Part shown: positions 1 through 9,867 of the stretch, piece by piece | How positions within the stretch are numbered: the stretch's first letter is position 1 | How the letters are laid out: each line of letters begins with the position of its first letter | Source of the DNA: Candidatus Hermodarchaeota archaeon | GTDB lineage: Archaea > Asgardarchaeota > Hermodarchaeia > Hermodarchaeales > Hermodarchaeaceae | Length of the DNA: 64,000 nucleotides | Reading direction: 5' to 3' | Assembly (NCBI GenBank): GCA_016839365.1 | Contig: JAEOUH010000069.1 | Location: forward strand, 1 to 64,000 | The notes under the pieces: model-generated | Database searches by the model: none | What the model saw: only the letters and a program-made list of their open reading frames with translations | What the model was told of the DNA's origin: nothing | Program-made: the position numbers and the translations under genes

Positions 1-192
1 ACAATTGGAATTGGGGGGTGGCTATTAATTACCTTAAGCTATTTTTGCCTCTCAGTTCTGTTTGCTTATTTCTGGCTCCCTTTCAAGAAACGGCGTTCAT
101 CTTATTGGGATATTGTTCTAACCTACCTCATCCTTTTCTTTGCATTAGGCGGACGATGGATGTTTGCTCTACTCGGACTATGGGGATTCTAA
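1..192 (+). CDS. 3' end of a membrane protein (partial, begins before the window)
   Basis: Frame 1 is open from base 1 to TAA 190-192 and reads TIGIGGWLLITLSYFCLSVLFAYFWLPFKKRR...LILFFALGGRWMFALLGLWGF, with hydrophobic helices. Confidence 0.6.
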   Translation, partial: TIGIGGWLLITLSYFCLSVLFAYFWLPFKKRRSSYWDIVLTYLILFFALGGRWMFALLGLWGF

Positions 193-263
193 CGGGATAA
201 CGGTGTGCAGACTTTATGCGTGGATAATAATTAAGTGGCACAAACTCGACAACTCTCAGTGTC

Positions 264-1208
264 ATGCCTACTCTTCGTATCGGTCATCTTTCAACTGCTT
301 ATCATACTGCCTTTGTTTTAATGGGGTCACATTGGGTAGAGAAGAAAATGGGGATCAAATCCGAGTGGACGCTTTTTCCGACTGGACCCTCCATGGTTCA
401 AGCCTTCAAAAAAGGAGTTCTGGATGTTGGATATATCGGTCTCCCTCCGGCAATGATAGGCATTGAACAGGGATTAGATATTCTCTGTGTCGCAGGAGGT
501 CATGTTGAAGGTACAGTGGTAACTGGGCTAGCAGGATATAAAACTCTCCAAGAAACTGGCTCCGTGGAAGCAACCTTACAACAATTTAAGGGAAAAAAGA
601 TCGGGACACCATCGGAGGGGTCGATTCATGATGTCATCATCCGAAAACTCGTTGCTGATGCTGGACTAGCTATGTCCGTTACTATCGAAAACTTCCCTTG
701 GGCTGATTTTATTCTGGAAGCTATGGAAGATGGAGGCGTCGCTGGTGGATGTGGGACGCCTCCACTTGCTGTTCTCGCAAACAAGTATCTGGAAGCCCCA
801 CTTGTTCTACCGCCCAGTGCTATCTGGCCCTACAATCCTAGTTATGGCATTGTGGCAACAACACAGATGATTTCAGAATCAGCGAATCTTGTAAACGGCT
901 TCTTAGAAATCCATGAAGCTGCGTGTAACCTTATGCGCGAAAAACCTGGAAAAGCTGCAGCAATAGTCGCAAAAGAGATCGGTATTGTGGATGAAGCCTT
1001 TCTCCAACAAGTCTTTCGCGTGTCGCCAAAATACTGTGCTAGTCTTCCTCCCGAGTACATCCAATCCGCCCTGGCTTTTGTTCCTGTACTTAGAGGGATG
1101 GGATACATCAAACGAGATCTCTTAGAAGCTGAGGTGTTTGACACAAGCCTAATTAAACAAGTTCATCCCAACCCGCATCACTACGACAATCCAGGTAATC
1201 TTGTGTAA
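264..1208 (+). CDS. NitT/TauT (SsuA/NMT1-like) ABC transporter substrate-binding protein
   Basis: LRIGHLS start, FPTGPSMVQAFKKGVLDVGYIGLPPA and GKKIGTPSEGSIHD are typical of the family; no obvious signal peptide or adjacent permease. Confidence 0.8.
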   Translation: MPTLRIGHLSTAYHTAFVLMGSHWVEKKMGIKSEWTLFPTGPSMVQAFKKGVLDVGYIGLPPAMIGIEQGLDILCVAGGHVEGTVVTGLAGYKTLQETGSVEATLQQFKGKKIGTPSEGSIHDVIIRKLVADAGLAMSVTIENFPWADFILEAMEDGGVAGGCGTPPLAVLANKYLEAPLVLPPSAIWPYNPSYGIVATTQMISESANLVNGFLEIHEAACNLMREKPGKAAAIVAKEIGIVDEAFLQQVFRVSPKYCASLPPEYIQSALAFVPVLRGMGYIKRDLLEAEVFDTSLIKQVHPNPHHYDNPGNLV

Positions 1209-1213
1209 ACCAG

Positions 1214-1498
1214 CTAGCCACCCGCTACTGGCGGGATAATTACGAGTTCACTTTCATCATTTACCGCAGTTTTGAACCCGTCCAAATTTGCGATGTTTTT
1301 TCCATCAATAAAATAGATGATTTGTAATCCTCGAATGTCACGACCAGAACGAATCATTCGATCAAAGGATTTTCCATATTTTTTTGACAGCATTTTCAAG
1401 ACGTCTTCGACCGTTGCGCCATTATCCACTTCGATAACCTCTTCCCGGGTGCCTGTAATTTCACGGATGACGCTAAGATATCGAATAGTGACATACAT
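1214..1498 (-). CDS. MoaD/ThiS/SAMP-family ubiquitin-like small protein
   Basis: 94 aa beta-grasp pattern ending ELVIIPPVAGG (di-glycine). Confidence 0.9.
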   Translation of the reverse strand: MYVTIRYLSVIREITGTREEVIEVDNGATVEDVLKMLSKKYGKSFDRMIRSGRDIRGLQIIYFIDGKNIANLDGFKTAVNDESELVIIPPVAGG

Positions 1499-1664
1499 GC
1501 TGGCTCAGCTGTTTCTCTGCGGGTATATGGGTTATAAACGTCACGATGATTCTATGGTTTTTCCCTCGTCCTAATGGTGAAAAAAATTAGCAGTAACACT
1601 AATTAGGTTCTCAGAAATGGTGTTCAACTAGACTTTGAGGTGTGGTGGAAAGGTGAAGTACAAT

Positions 1665-3086
1665 ATGATTCCCACCCGTTCTAAAATTGTCTGCACCATC
1701 GGCCCAGCTTGTGAAAGTAAAGAGAAGATACTCGCGATGGCGAAGGCTGGGATGGATGTTCTCCGCCTGAACCTGTCACATGGCACAATTGCTGATCATC
1801 AAGCACGGTTTGAACGAATTCGGAAGCATCTGCCAAATCATCCGATCCTCATGGACCTTGAAGGACCCCGGGTACGAATCGGACAAGTCAAAGAAGCCTT
1901 CAACCTAGACGAAGGTGACCATATTACCCTAACTACTGAAGACATTGAGGGTGATGCTACTCGAGTTAGTGTGTCGTTAAAAACACTTCCCAAACTAATT
2001 GAAGCTGGTCAAAGCATCTTCATCAACGATGGTATTGTCGAACTTCGGGTTGATAGAATCAAAGGTTCAGAAATCCACAGCTCCGTCTTGACAGGAGGAG
2101 AAATCAGTGCCAACAAGGGCGTAAACGTCCCTGGTGTCAATCTCGGAATGGCCGTGCCCACAGCACAAGACATTGAACACCTCAAGTTCATTTCAAAACT
2201 CAGCCCCGAGTTTGTGGCGATTTCAGCTGTCAAACAAAGAAGCGAGGTTGAAAAGGTTCAAGAGTTCCTCCGGAATGAAGGAACAGATATACCCATCATT
2301 TCTAAAATCGAGCACATCAAAGCTATTGAAAACTTTGACGAAATCCTCGATGTCAGTTACGGCATTATGGTGGCACGGGGCGATTTAGGGGTTGAAATCC
2401 CTCCTGAACAAGTACCTCTTCTTCAGAAAGAAATCATCCACAAGTGCAATCAAGCGGGTAAACCCGTTATCGTTGCCACCCAAATGCTTGAGTCCATGGT
2501 GCGCAACTCGCGCCCTACGCGAGCTGAAACGAGTGATGTAGCTAACGCTATCTTAGATGGATCTGATGCCGTCATGCTTTCTGCTGAAACCGCTGTTGGT
2601 CGTCATCCTGTTGCCGCAGTCAAGGCCATGGAAACAATTGGAAGACAAGTCATTCCCTCTTTCCCCCAACGAGATTTGACCTACTACGATTCCGGGCAGC
2701 ATTTGATTGCTGAAGAACTTGGCCGATCAGTGGTTTCCATCGTAAGGAACTTGGATGTCCAGACGGTTCTGGTGTTCACCATGGCTGGATATACTGCCCG
2801 CATGGTATCCAAATATCGACCGTTCGTTCGGATAATTGCCAGTACTCCCCATCTTCGTGTGCAACGACAACTAAAACTTCTCTGGGGTACTGAATCCCTC
2901 CTTATCCCACATTGTGACAACATGGACGAATTATTACAACTGGCAATCAAACACCTTCATACTGACGGTATCGTAAAGCCAAAGGAACGTATTGTAGTCG
3001 TTCGTGCTTCAGCTTTGGTGCCAGGAAAAACGAACGTCCTTGAAGTGTTTACCGTCAAAGATGTTCTTGAAGCAAAAGTACTCTAA
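1665..3086 (+). CDS. pyk: pyruvate kinase
   Basis: KIVCTIGPA, RLNLSHG, DLEGP, IMVARGDLGVE, ATQMLESM, PTRAETSDVANAILDG; ATG 1665 follows SD-like GGTGA. Confidence 0.97.
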   Translation: MIPTRSKIVCTIGPACESKEKILAMAKAGMDVLRLNLSHGTIADHQARFERIRKHLPNHPILMDLEGPRVRIGQVKEAFNLDEGDHITLTTEDIEGDATRVSVSLKTLPKLIEAGQSIFINDGIVELRVDRIKGSEIHSSVLTGGEISANKGVNVPGVNLGMAVPTAQDIEHLKFISKLSPEFVAISAVKQRSEVEKVQEFLRNEGTDIPIISKIEHIKAIENFDEILDVSYGIMVARGDLGVEIPPEQVPLLQKEIIHKCNQAGKPVIVATQMLESMVRNSRPTRAETSDVANAILDGSDAVMLSAETAVGRHPVAAVKAMETIGRQVIPSFPQRDLTYYDSGQHLIAEELGRSVVSIVRNLDVQTVLVFTMAGYTARMVSKYRPFVRIIASTPHLRVQRQLKLLWGTESLLIPHCDNMDELLQLAIKHLHTDGIVKPKERIVVVRASALVPGKTNVLEVFTVKDVLEAKVL

Positions 3087-3147
3087 TCAGCCGAAAAGCG
3101 GATTAGGAATGATTTCTTCAATAGTTCAACAAAAGGAGGTTATATTC

Positions 3148-3723
3148 TTGGAGTTTGATGACTTGGTAAAGATGCGTCGAAGTATTCACTATTTCACGGA
3201 TGAAGCTGTCTCCAATCAAGATGTTTATTATATTTTGGAAGCAGCTCGATGGGCCCCGTCTGCAGGCAACAATCAACCCTGGCGGTTTATCATTGTCCGA
3301 GACCCAAAGACTATTGAACGAATCTGGGAAACTACCACGGGGATAGAGGTGCCCATCTCATCACGCCGTTCAATTACGGTTACTCCCCAAAATTTCATTA
3401 AAAAAGCTCCTGTGATCATTATCGTGTGTACAGATACCCAGGCCTACAAAGGTAAACAGAACAGCATCTATTCTGACCGATTTTGCGTTCAGGACTCCGC
3501 TATCGCCACAATGAACCTTCTTCTCGCAGCAGCTAATAGGGGTCTTGGTGCATGTTGGGTTGGTATGTATCGGGAAGACGCCCTAAGTGAGGTTATCAAA
3601 TTACCCTCCACAATTCGCCCCATGGCCATTATCCCATTAGGGCATACCACATCTAAAGAGAAACCCCGCCCTCGGAAACCACTTGAAGAACTCATTCACT
3701 ATGAAAGTTATGGACTAAACTAA
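3148..3723 (+). CDS. nitroreductase family protein
   Basis: RRSIH, EAARWAPSAGNNQPWRFII, GLGACWVG; TTG start chosen after GGAGG. Confidence 0.9.
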   Translation: MEFDDLVKMRRSIHYFTDEAVSNQDVYYILEAARWAPSAGNNQPWRFIIVRDPKTIERIWETTTGIEVPISSRRSITVTPQNFIKKAPVIIIVCTDTQAYKGKQNSIYSDRFCVQDSAIATMNLLLAAANRGLGACWVGMYREDALSEVIKLPSTIRPMAIIPLGHTTSKEKPRPRKPLEELIHYESYGLN

Positions 3724-3744
3724 TTGTTGGGGGGGATTGCCGGG

Positions 3745-4218
3745 TCATCCGCTTTGTGTTAAATCAAGATGATCCGGATATTTCCCTAGCATTTGAAGGG
3801 CTAAAACAACTCGATTTCTCACAGACTCGGTAGGATCATGCAAAGCCTTCGTCAAAGCCGTAACAGCTCGAAAATCACCAAGCAACCCTAAGGCTAACGC
3901 TACCTGCTCACGTACTGTATAATCACTATCACCAAGTGCATCAATTAACGGTTCAACAGCCCGTTGATCACCAAGTAATCCCAAAGAAAGTGCCGCACAA
4001 CTCCGCACACCAAAAGCTTGATCCTGCAATGCGCTAATGAGAGGATCCACAGCACGCGAATCACCGAGCTTACCCAAGGTTAATGCGGCCTGGCGGCGTT
4101 TCCCAGCCACCCTACTGCGTAGTGCCTTAAGATGGCGTTCCACTCTACCAGCTTTGTGAGGCAGTGGCTTCGTATCCCTTGGTTTCAAGGTGATCGTTGG
4201 CTTCTCTTGTTGCTCCAA
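3745..4218 (-). CDS. HEAT-repeat (PBS-lyase type) protein
   Basis: Repeats of VRxxAALxLGxLGDxRAVxPLIxAL. Confidence 0.88.
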   Translation of the reverse strand: MEQQEKPTITLKPRDTKPLPHKAGRVERHLKALRSRVAGKRRQAALTLGKLGDSRAVDPLISALQDQAFGVRSCAALSLGLLGDQRAVEPLIDALGDSDYTVREQVALALGLLGDFRAVTALTKALHDPTESVRNRVVLALQMLGKYPDHLDLTQSG

Positions 4219-4378
4219 TCTGATAGCTCCGCTGGACGATGTGGCAGTATTAGCGCAATTCGACTTTATATTTCCTACGACAATTTAAGTCGGTTCAGAT
4301 TTTCTTGTCAAAACGGTGGGAAGCCTTTTATCACATCTAGATACCCTTGATTGTGAAATTAATTTTCGGTGAACACCC

Positions 4379-5290
4379 TTGACTGAAGCTGCAATAGAAG
4401 ACAAACGCATCACACTTGAGGAAGTCACCAAAAAGGTCCCTGATGGAGCGCACATTGCCTGGGGTGGTTTTGGATACCAACGTCCCCCCGAAGCATTTGC
4501 CATGGAACTCATTCGACAGAAGAAACGTGGAATCCGTGTATACACCTGCGGTTCAGAACATGACTTGGATATCCTTGTCGGTGCCGAAGTGTGCCTAGAG
4601 TTTGAAGTAGCCTTTTTTGCCATTGAAGCCTTGGGCCTTGCGCCAAATCTCCGACGCCGTTCTCAAGAGGGCAAGGTCAAGTTTGAGGATTATTCGAATC
4701 TGGCAATGGCGTTGCGATTTCTGGGTGGTGCCTTGAATGTGCCGTTTATGCCGATTCGCCATATGATTGGTACGGACATGATGGAGAAGACCCGGCTCCG
4801 GAAGGATAAGGCCAAAGTGATTGACTGTCCTTTCACCGGTATGTCGATTACGTTGTTGCCTTCAATCCAAGCGGATTTCGGGGTGATTTGTGCCCAGAAA
4901 GCCGACCAGGCAGGGAATGTCCAGATTTTCGGGATAAAAGGTGAAGACAACGAAATCACCAGATGCGCTAAAAAATCGATTGTCTTCGTTGAAGAAATCA
5001 TTTCCAATGAGGAGATTCGACAACACCCAGATATGACGATGATTCCCGGCCTCTACGTCGATTATGTCGTTGAACTGCCTTTTGGAAGCTGGCCGATGCA
5101 AGTATTTGGCATTTACGACTATGACTTGGCCCACCTGCAATATTATGTGCAAGAATGTAAAACGGAAGAAGGCTGGCAGAAATACTTGGATGAATGGATT
5201 CTTGGTGTGGAAAACCATGAGGGGCTGTTGAAAAAGATTGGCGAAAAACGGTTGAAGGAGTTACGAGCAGATCCCAAATATGGGTATTAG
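4379..5290 (+). CDS. CoA-transferase subunit A (glutaconate CoA-transferase-like)
   Basis: GGFGYQRPP, EDYSNLAMALRFLGGALNVPFMP, QKADQAGNVQ; paired with subunit B. Confidence 0.88.
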   Translation: MTEAAIEDKRITLEEVTKKVPDGAHIAWGGFGYQRPPEAFAMELIRQKKRGIRVYTCGSEHDLDILVGAEVCLEFEVAFFAIEALGLAPNLRRRSQEGKVKFEDYSNLAMALRFLGGALNVPFMPIRHMIGTDMMEKTRLRKDKAKVIDCPFTGMSITLLPSIQADFGVICAQKADQAGNVQIFGIKGEDNEITRCAKKSIVFVEEIISNEEIRQHPDMTMIPGLYVDYVVELPFGSWPMQVFGIYDYDLAHLQYYVQECKTEEGWQKYLDEWILGVENHEGLLKKIGEKRLKELRADPKYGY

Positions 5291-5296
5291 GAAGAA

Positions 5297-6079
5297 GTGA
5301 TGGAAATGACAGAATATAGTTCAACAGAAATGATGGCTGTCTGTGGTGCGCATGCGGTCAAAGATGGTGAACGTGTCTTTGCAGGAACTGGGCTTCCCGT
5401 ACTTGGAGCCATGTTAGCAAAGGTAACCCATGCCCCGAATGCGATCATCATCTATGAAGGAGGTTACGTTGATACGCAAAACAAAGACCTAGCCTTATCA
5501 GTGGCGGATTCACGATTGGGTTATCGCGCAGCAGCATCCATCGGGCTTATCGAAACCCTCGGATTCCTAATGATGGGTGGACGCGTTGATGTGGGCTTTC
5601 TTGGCGCGGCACAAATCGACGAATATGGCAACATCAACACCTCCTACATCGGAGAGTTCGAGAAGCCCAAGGTTCGATTACCCGGTAGCGGTGGTGGAAA
5701 TGACATCGCTAGTTCAGCAGGACGCATCATCCTCATGTTCACCCACGATGCACGCAAGTTTGTGAAAAAACTCGATTACCTGACTAGCCCTGGACACCTT
5801 TCCGGTCCGGGAAGTCGCGAAAAACTGGGATTAATTGGTAAAGGTCCAGCATTGGTGGTCACAGATAAGTGCCAGATGGATTTCAATCCGGATACAAAAC
5901 GGATTCGATTAAAGTCGGTCCATCCTGGCGTGACACCAGAATGGGTAAAAGAGAACGTGATGTTTGACTTAATCATTCCCAACGATATTCCCACTACTGC
6001 TGAACCAACAGCCCAGGAATTGGAGACGCTCCGCACCCTCGATCCTCAAGGGATCTATCTCGGAAAGGGGCAGAAATAA
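5297..6079 (+). CDS. CoA-transferase subunit B
   Basis: VFAGTGLP, YEGG, DVGFLGAAQIDEYGNIN, RLPGSGGGNDI. Confidence 0.9.
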   Translation: MMEMTEYSSTEMMAVCGAHAVKDGERVFAGTGLPVLGAMLAKVTHAPNAIIIYEGGYVDTQNKDLALSVADSRLGYRAAASIGLIETLGFLMMGGRVDVGFLGAAQIDEYGNINTSYIGEFEKPKVRLPGSGGGNDIASSAGRIILMFTHDARKFVKKLDYLTSPGHLSGPGSREKLGLIGKGPALVVTDKCQMDFNPDTKRIRLKSVHPGVTPEWVKENVMFDLIIPNDIPTTAEPTAQELETLRTLDPQGIYLGKGQK

Positions 6080-6086
6080 CCACGCC

Positions 6087-6509
6087 TTAGGTATCTCCAA
6101 CAGCTTGCACGATGAGTTGGCGTGAGCGTGGTCGAACATCCAAATCCAAGAACGCGATCTGCTGCCAAGTGCCCAAAGGCATCTTCCCATCTAAGATGGG
6201 TATCGTGAGGCTTGGACCAATAATGGCAGCTCGGACATGGCTGTGTCCGTTACCGTCCTGCCATCGCAGATGATGCTCATAGACCGCATCTTTTGGCGCA
6301 AACCGTTCCATAGCCGTTGGTAAATCTTTGAGAAGTCCAGGTTCATATTCGATAGTGGTCACCGCTGCTGTTGACCCGGTGCAGAAAACATTAATCAAAC
6401 CAGACCGGATTTTGCTTTTCTCGACATGAACTTTGACCTGTTGGGTGATGTTAACGATGTCAGGTTCTCCTTGTGTTTCCAACTGGATTATACCGGAATA
6501 GGTAGGCAT
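6087..6509 (-). CDS. yjbQ: YjbQ/UPF0047 family protein (secondary thiamine-phosphate synthase-like)
   Basis: GSTAAVTTIEYEPGL, YEHH, GNGHSHVRA, LGTWQQI. Confidence 0.9.
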   Translation of the reverse strand: MPTYSGIIQLETQGEPDIVNITQQVKVHVEKSKIRSGLINVFCTGSTAAVTTIEYEPGLLKDLPTAMERFAPKDAVYEHHLRWQDGNGHSHVRAAIIGPSLTIPILDGKMPLGTWQQIAFLDLDVRPRSRQLIVQAVGDT

Positions 6510-6606
6510 GAAATCACCACACTGATGAGTTAGGGCATACCTTGTAAAAAGTCTGTGTTGTTAATGGGAAAGGTAAAATGGAGGAAGACAAGAGGGAAGC
6601 CGACCT

Positions 6607-7518
6607 TTGATGATAGTGATTGGTGTTATTGCAGCCCTTATTGCTGCGTTTTCCTGGGCAGTCAGTGCTGCTTTTTATAAAACTGGTGCAAAAGATGTGT
6701 CGCCACTCACAGCGAATTTGGTTCGCATCTTACTCCCACTACTCATCCTCATCATAATGGTTGCCGCACTAAACTTGTTCCCACAAATATTCTTGATGAC
6801 TCCACTGGAGTGGTTTCTAATCTTCGGGAGTAGCTTGTTTGCTTTCGTTATCGGGGATGCTCTCTATTTTGTGACAATTCAAAATATCGGCGTAAGTCGG
6901 GGGGTACCAATCACGGCCACCTATCCACTGTTTGTTCTACTTTGGCAAATTCTCTTCCTGGCCCAACCGATACACCTGTTGATGATTCCCGCTGCACTGA
7001 TTACCGTAGGAGGGGTAGCGCTGCTTAGTCGCCAATTAAACATTTCTACGCAATCTAATGAAATCTTCACCCGACGGAGGATTTGGATTGGGATGTGTGC
7101 TGCACTTGGTACTGCATTCAGTTGGAGCATCAGTATCCTCTTGCTTTCCACAGTCTTGCAGACAACCAACCTTGTGTTAATCGCTGTCATCCGATTAATA
7201 ATCGCACTAGCCATCCTCAGCCCACTGGTTGTTGGTGAACAACTTACAAAACCAGAAACTACACTTAGTCGTCGTAAACTCCTGTTCCTGAGCGTTGGAG
7301 GGCTTTTCGCTCTCATATTGGGCTACTTAACATTCGCACTGGCTTTGCAACTTATGGACACAACCTCAGTGGCCCTCCTATCCTCGCTAACTCCACTGTT
7401 TGCTGTGTTCATCGGATGGAGGAGTCTCCAAGAACGCTTTGATTTAAAGACCTTGATTGCAATCATTGCCTGTGTCATAGGAATCATCCTCATCACAATT
7501 GCCGTTGGTATTGTCTGA
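6607..7518 (+). CDS. DMT/EamA family transporter
   Basis: About 10 TM helices in two repeats; GDALYF...IGVSRGVPITATYPLF and LSSLTPLF...QER. Confidence 0.88.
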   Translation: MMIVIGVIAALIAAFSWAVSAAFYKTGAKDVSPLTANLVRILLPLLILIIMVAALNLFPQIFLMTPLEWFLIFGSSLFAFVIGDALYFVTIQNIGVSRGVPITATYPLFVLLWQILFLAQPIHLLMIPAALITVGGVALLSRQLNISTQSNEIFTRRRIWIGMCAALGTAFSWSISILLLSTVLQTTNLVLIAVIRLIIALAILSPLVVGEQLTKPETTLSRRKLLFLSVGGLFALILGYLTFALALQLMDTTSVALLSSLTPLFAVFIGWRSLQERFDLKTLIAIIACVIGIILITIAVGIV

Positions 7519-7587
7519 TGAAGGACCGCGTTAAAGCGAATGCTTTTAGGTCAACTTGACGCCTTTCTTCCACTTGGAGGATCGCCG

Positions 7588-8820
7588 ATGAAATATGAGG
7601 ATTTTTACAATCCCAAATACAATCCCTCAGCGACGGATACCATCTGTACGTTTCGCATTGAACCACGAGATCCAAAACGCAGTATGAAATGGCTGGCTGG
7701 GGGTGTGGCCGCCGAAAGTTCCATCGGCACATGGACTGAATTGACCACCGAAAAGCCGTATATGAAGAAACTAGCCGCAACAGTCTTCGAGCTCGCCGGA
7801 AACAGTGCCCAAATTGCTTACCCCATTGAACTATTCGAACCCGGCAATTTACCAAATATTATGAGCTCTGTGGCTGGGAATGTCTTCGGACTTGGAGATC
7901 TTCGGTACCTTCGCTTGCTCGATATCCACTTACCAAAAGAACTTGTGAAAAGTTTTCTAGGACCCGCCTACGGCATTTCGGGCATCCGAAAAACCATCAA
8001 AGTCACCAAACGACCTCTAGTTGGGACCATAGTGAAACCCAAACTCGGGTTACGCACCAAAGACCACGCAGCAGTAGCATACGCCGCCTGGGCAGGAGGC
8101 TGTGACATCGTGAAAGATGACGAAAACCTATCCAGCCAAGCGTTCAACCCCTTTGAAGATCGAGTCATCACTACACTTGACCAGCGGGACCGCGCCGAAG
8201 ATGAAACCGGTGACAAGAAGGTCTATTTGATTAACGTAACAGCCGAAACCCAAGAGATGCTCCGCCGGGCCCAGTTCATCGAAGATCATGGGGGGCGGGT
8301 AGCGATGATTGATATTCTCACCTGTGGGTATTCAGCCGTATCCACCCTTCGAAACCATGGATTCAAGCTAATTCTGCATGGCCATCGGGCTATGCATGCC
8401 GCATTTACGAAACTGCCCAACCATGGGATTGCAATGCCTGTGATTGCAACTGTTTCTCGCTTGCTGGGCATTGACCAGCTTCATGTGGGCACCGCCGTAG
8501 GGAAGATGTCTGAGGATCGTGAAGAGGTAGAAACTAATATTCGGAAATGCAAAGAGCCCCTTGGAGATTTGGAGCCCACCCTGCCTGTTGCTTCAGGAGG
8601 TCTTCATCCACGTCATGTCCCTGCCCTCATCGACATTTTTGGGATAGATTTCGTAATTCAAGCTGGCGGTGGTATTCATGGTCACCCAAAGGGCACTCGT
8701 ATCGGTGCTACTGCCATGCGCCAGGCGGTGGATGCAACCCTGGCAGGACAGACTCTTGAAGAGTATGCGGCATCACATTCTGAACTCGCCGAAGCACTCC
8801 AACATTGGCCTACGGGGTAG
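7588..8820 (+). CDS. rbcL: RuBisCO large subunit, form III-like
   Basis: AAESSIGTW, GTIVKPKLGL, GCDIVKDDENL (carbamylation motif), HGHRAMHAAF, HVGTAVGKM, SGGLHP, QAGGGIHGHP; ATG 7588 after GGAGG. Confidence 0.95.
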   Translation: MKYEDFYNPKYNPSATDTICTFRIEPRDPKRSMKWLAGGVAAESSIGTWTELTTEKPYMKKLAATVFELAGNSAQIAYPIELFEPGNLPNIMSSVAGNVFGLGDLRYLRLLDIHLPKELVKSFLGPAYGISGIRKTIKVTKRPLVGTIVKPKLGLRTKDHAAVAYAAWAGGCDIVKDDENLSSQAFNPFEDRVITTLDQRDRAEDETGDKKVYLINVTAETQEMLRRAQFIEDHGGRVAMIDILTCGYSAVSTLRNHGFKLILHGHRAMHAAFTKLPNHGIAMPVIATVSRLLGIDQLHVGTAVGKMSEDREEVETNIRKCKEPLGDLEPTLPVASGGLHPRHVPALIDIFGIDFVIQAGGGIHGHPKGTRIGATAMRQAVDATLAGQTLEEYAASHSELAEALQHWPTG

Positions 8821-8942
8821 AGCCTTTCACTTTATTGAGGATGCAATTGCTAAGGCTAAGCTTGTTCAGTGAAAGAAACCGTAGGCATTTAATAAACAGA
8901 GGAAATTCATCACTCATCTATTAATAAACCAGTTAACATTTT

Positions 8943-9809
8943 TTAGAAGCCTAAACTAGCTAGAACTTCAAGGATGATACCAGGAATCCAAGGGATGATC
9001 CCGAATAACACCACAACGAGTCCTGGGATTGGTTTTTCGATGCGTCGTGAGAAGAGAATGACTAAGACTGCGACACCAACCAGGAGCATTAATCCTGAGG
9101 CCAATCCATAGACGAGCCCAAAATAGACTAAGGAATGGGCTACGATGGCTGAATATGAAACAATATCACCGACTCCCATGAATGTGCCACCTAGCATGGT
9201 TCCAAGAAAGTCCATGCCATCGACACGCTTCCGCCAGTCTGATTTCACAGCTTGAGCTGTGAAAACATCCATGGCTGCCAGGGCCAAGAAAAGGACAAAT
9301 AGGGGCAAAGTGGGCATAGCCACACCTAGGAAGGCGCCGATACTGCCACCATACCAGATGACCATAACCTGCTTCCCCCAGTTAGGAAGCATATCAAGGA
9401 TAATGAAGAGGATGGCAAACATGGAGAAATAAATCGAAGCGAAGGCCACAATGCTGTAGAGGAAGAGGTTTTCAACTCCTTGTAAAAAGAATAACAAAAT
9501 GATATGACCAACCAATAATGTGGCCAGGAAGAGTAGAGGGGACAGGAGTACCGAGACGAAAAGACGGTCAGGTCGAAGGCTGGAAAACCGGAAAAACAAG
9601 TTCAATATGAAAACGATTCCTAACCCAATAACCGCATAGATGAGAATCATGTAGACATTCAAGGGGAAGGGATACACAGCTGTTAATGAGATATAGGCAA
9701 GATCAGTGGTTGTGAGGAGAATAAAGGCCAAGGCGCCTCCAAAAAGGGATGCAATGCTGACTTGGGCGGCGATTGTGAGAAACCGGTGTTTGTCGAAGTC
9801 AACTGTCAT
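8943..9809 (-). CDS. presenilin/signal-peptide-peptidase-like (GxGD, A22) intramembrane aspartyl protease
   Basis: About 9 TM helices; LAAMDVF (YD-equivalent Asp), MGVGDIV (GxGD), PIPGL (PAL-like); ATG 9809 after GGTGA. Confidence 0.75.
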   Translation of the reverse strand: MTVDFDKHRFLTIAAQVSIASLFGGALAFILLTTTDLAYISLTAVYPFPLNVYMILIYAVIGLGIVFILNLFFRFSSLRPDRLFVSVLLSPLLFLATLLVGHIILLFFLQGVENLFLYSIVAFASIYFSMFAILFIILDMLPNWGKQVMVIWYGGSIGAFLGVAMPTLPLFVLFLALAAMDVFTAQAVKSDWRKRVDGMDFLGTMLGGTFMGVGDIVSYSAIVAHSLVYFGLVYGLASGLMLLVGVAVLVILFSRRIEKPIPGLVVVLFGIIPWIPGIILEVLASLGF

Positions 9810-9821
9810 TGTATTCACCTG

Positions 9822-9856
9822 AAAAAAAGAAAGAGGGGGTAGGGCCGAAGCCCTAC
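9822..9856 (-). terminator. hairpin plus U-tract terminator/attenuator after the peptide-binding protein gene
   Basis: Minus strand GTAGGGC-TTCG-GCCCTAC (7-bp stem, UUCG loop) followed by CCCCTCTTTCTTTTTTT. Confidence 0.7.
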
Positions 9857-9867
9857 ATACGTTTAGG

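Noticed and set aside
1214-1498. MoaD/SAMP as the Ubl of the 38-48 kb system
   Set aside because: It is 37 kb away and an ordinary GG-ended SAMP/MoaD; the locus has its own Ubl.
7588-8820. RuBisCO-like protein (form IV)
   Set aside because: Full catalytic set (KDDE, HRAMH, loop-6 GKM, SGG, GGG) indicates a bona fide form III enzyme.
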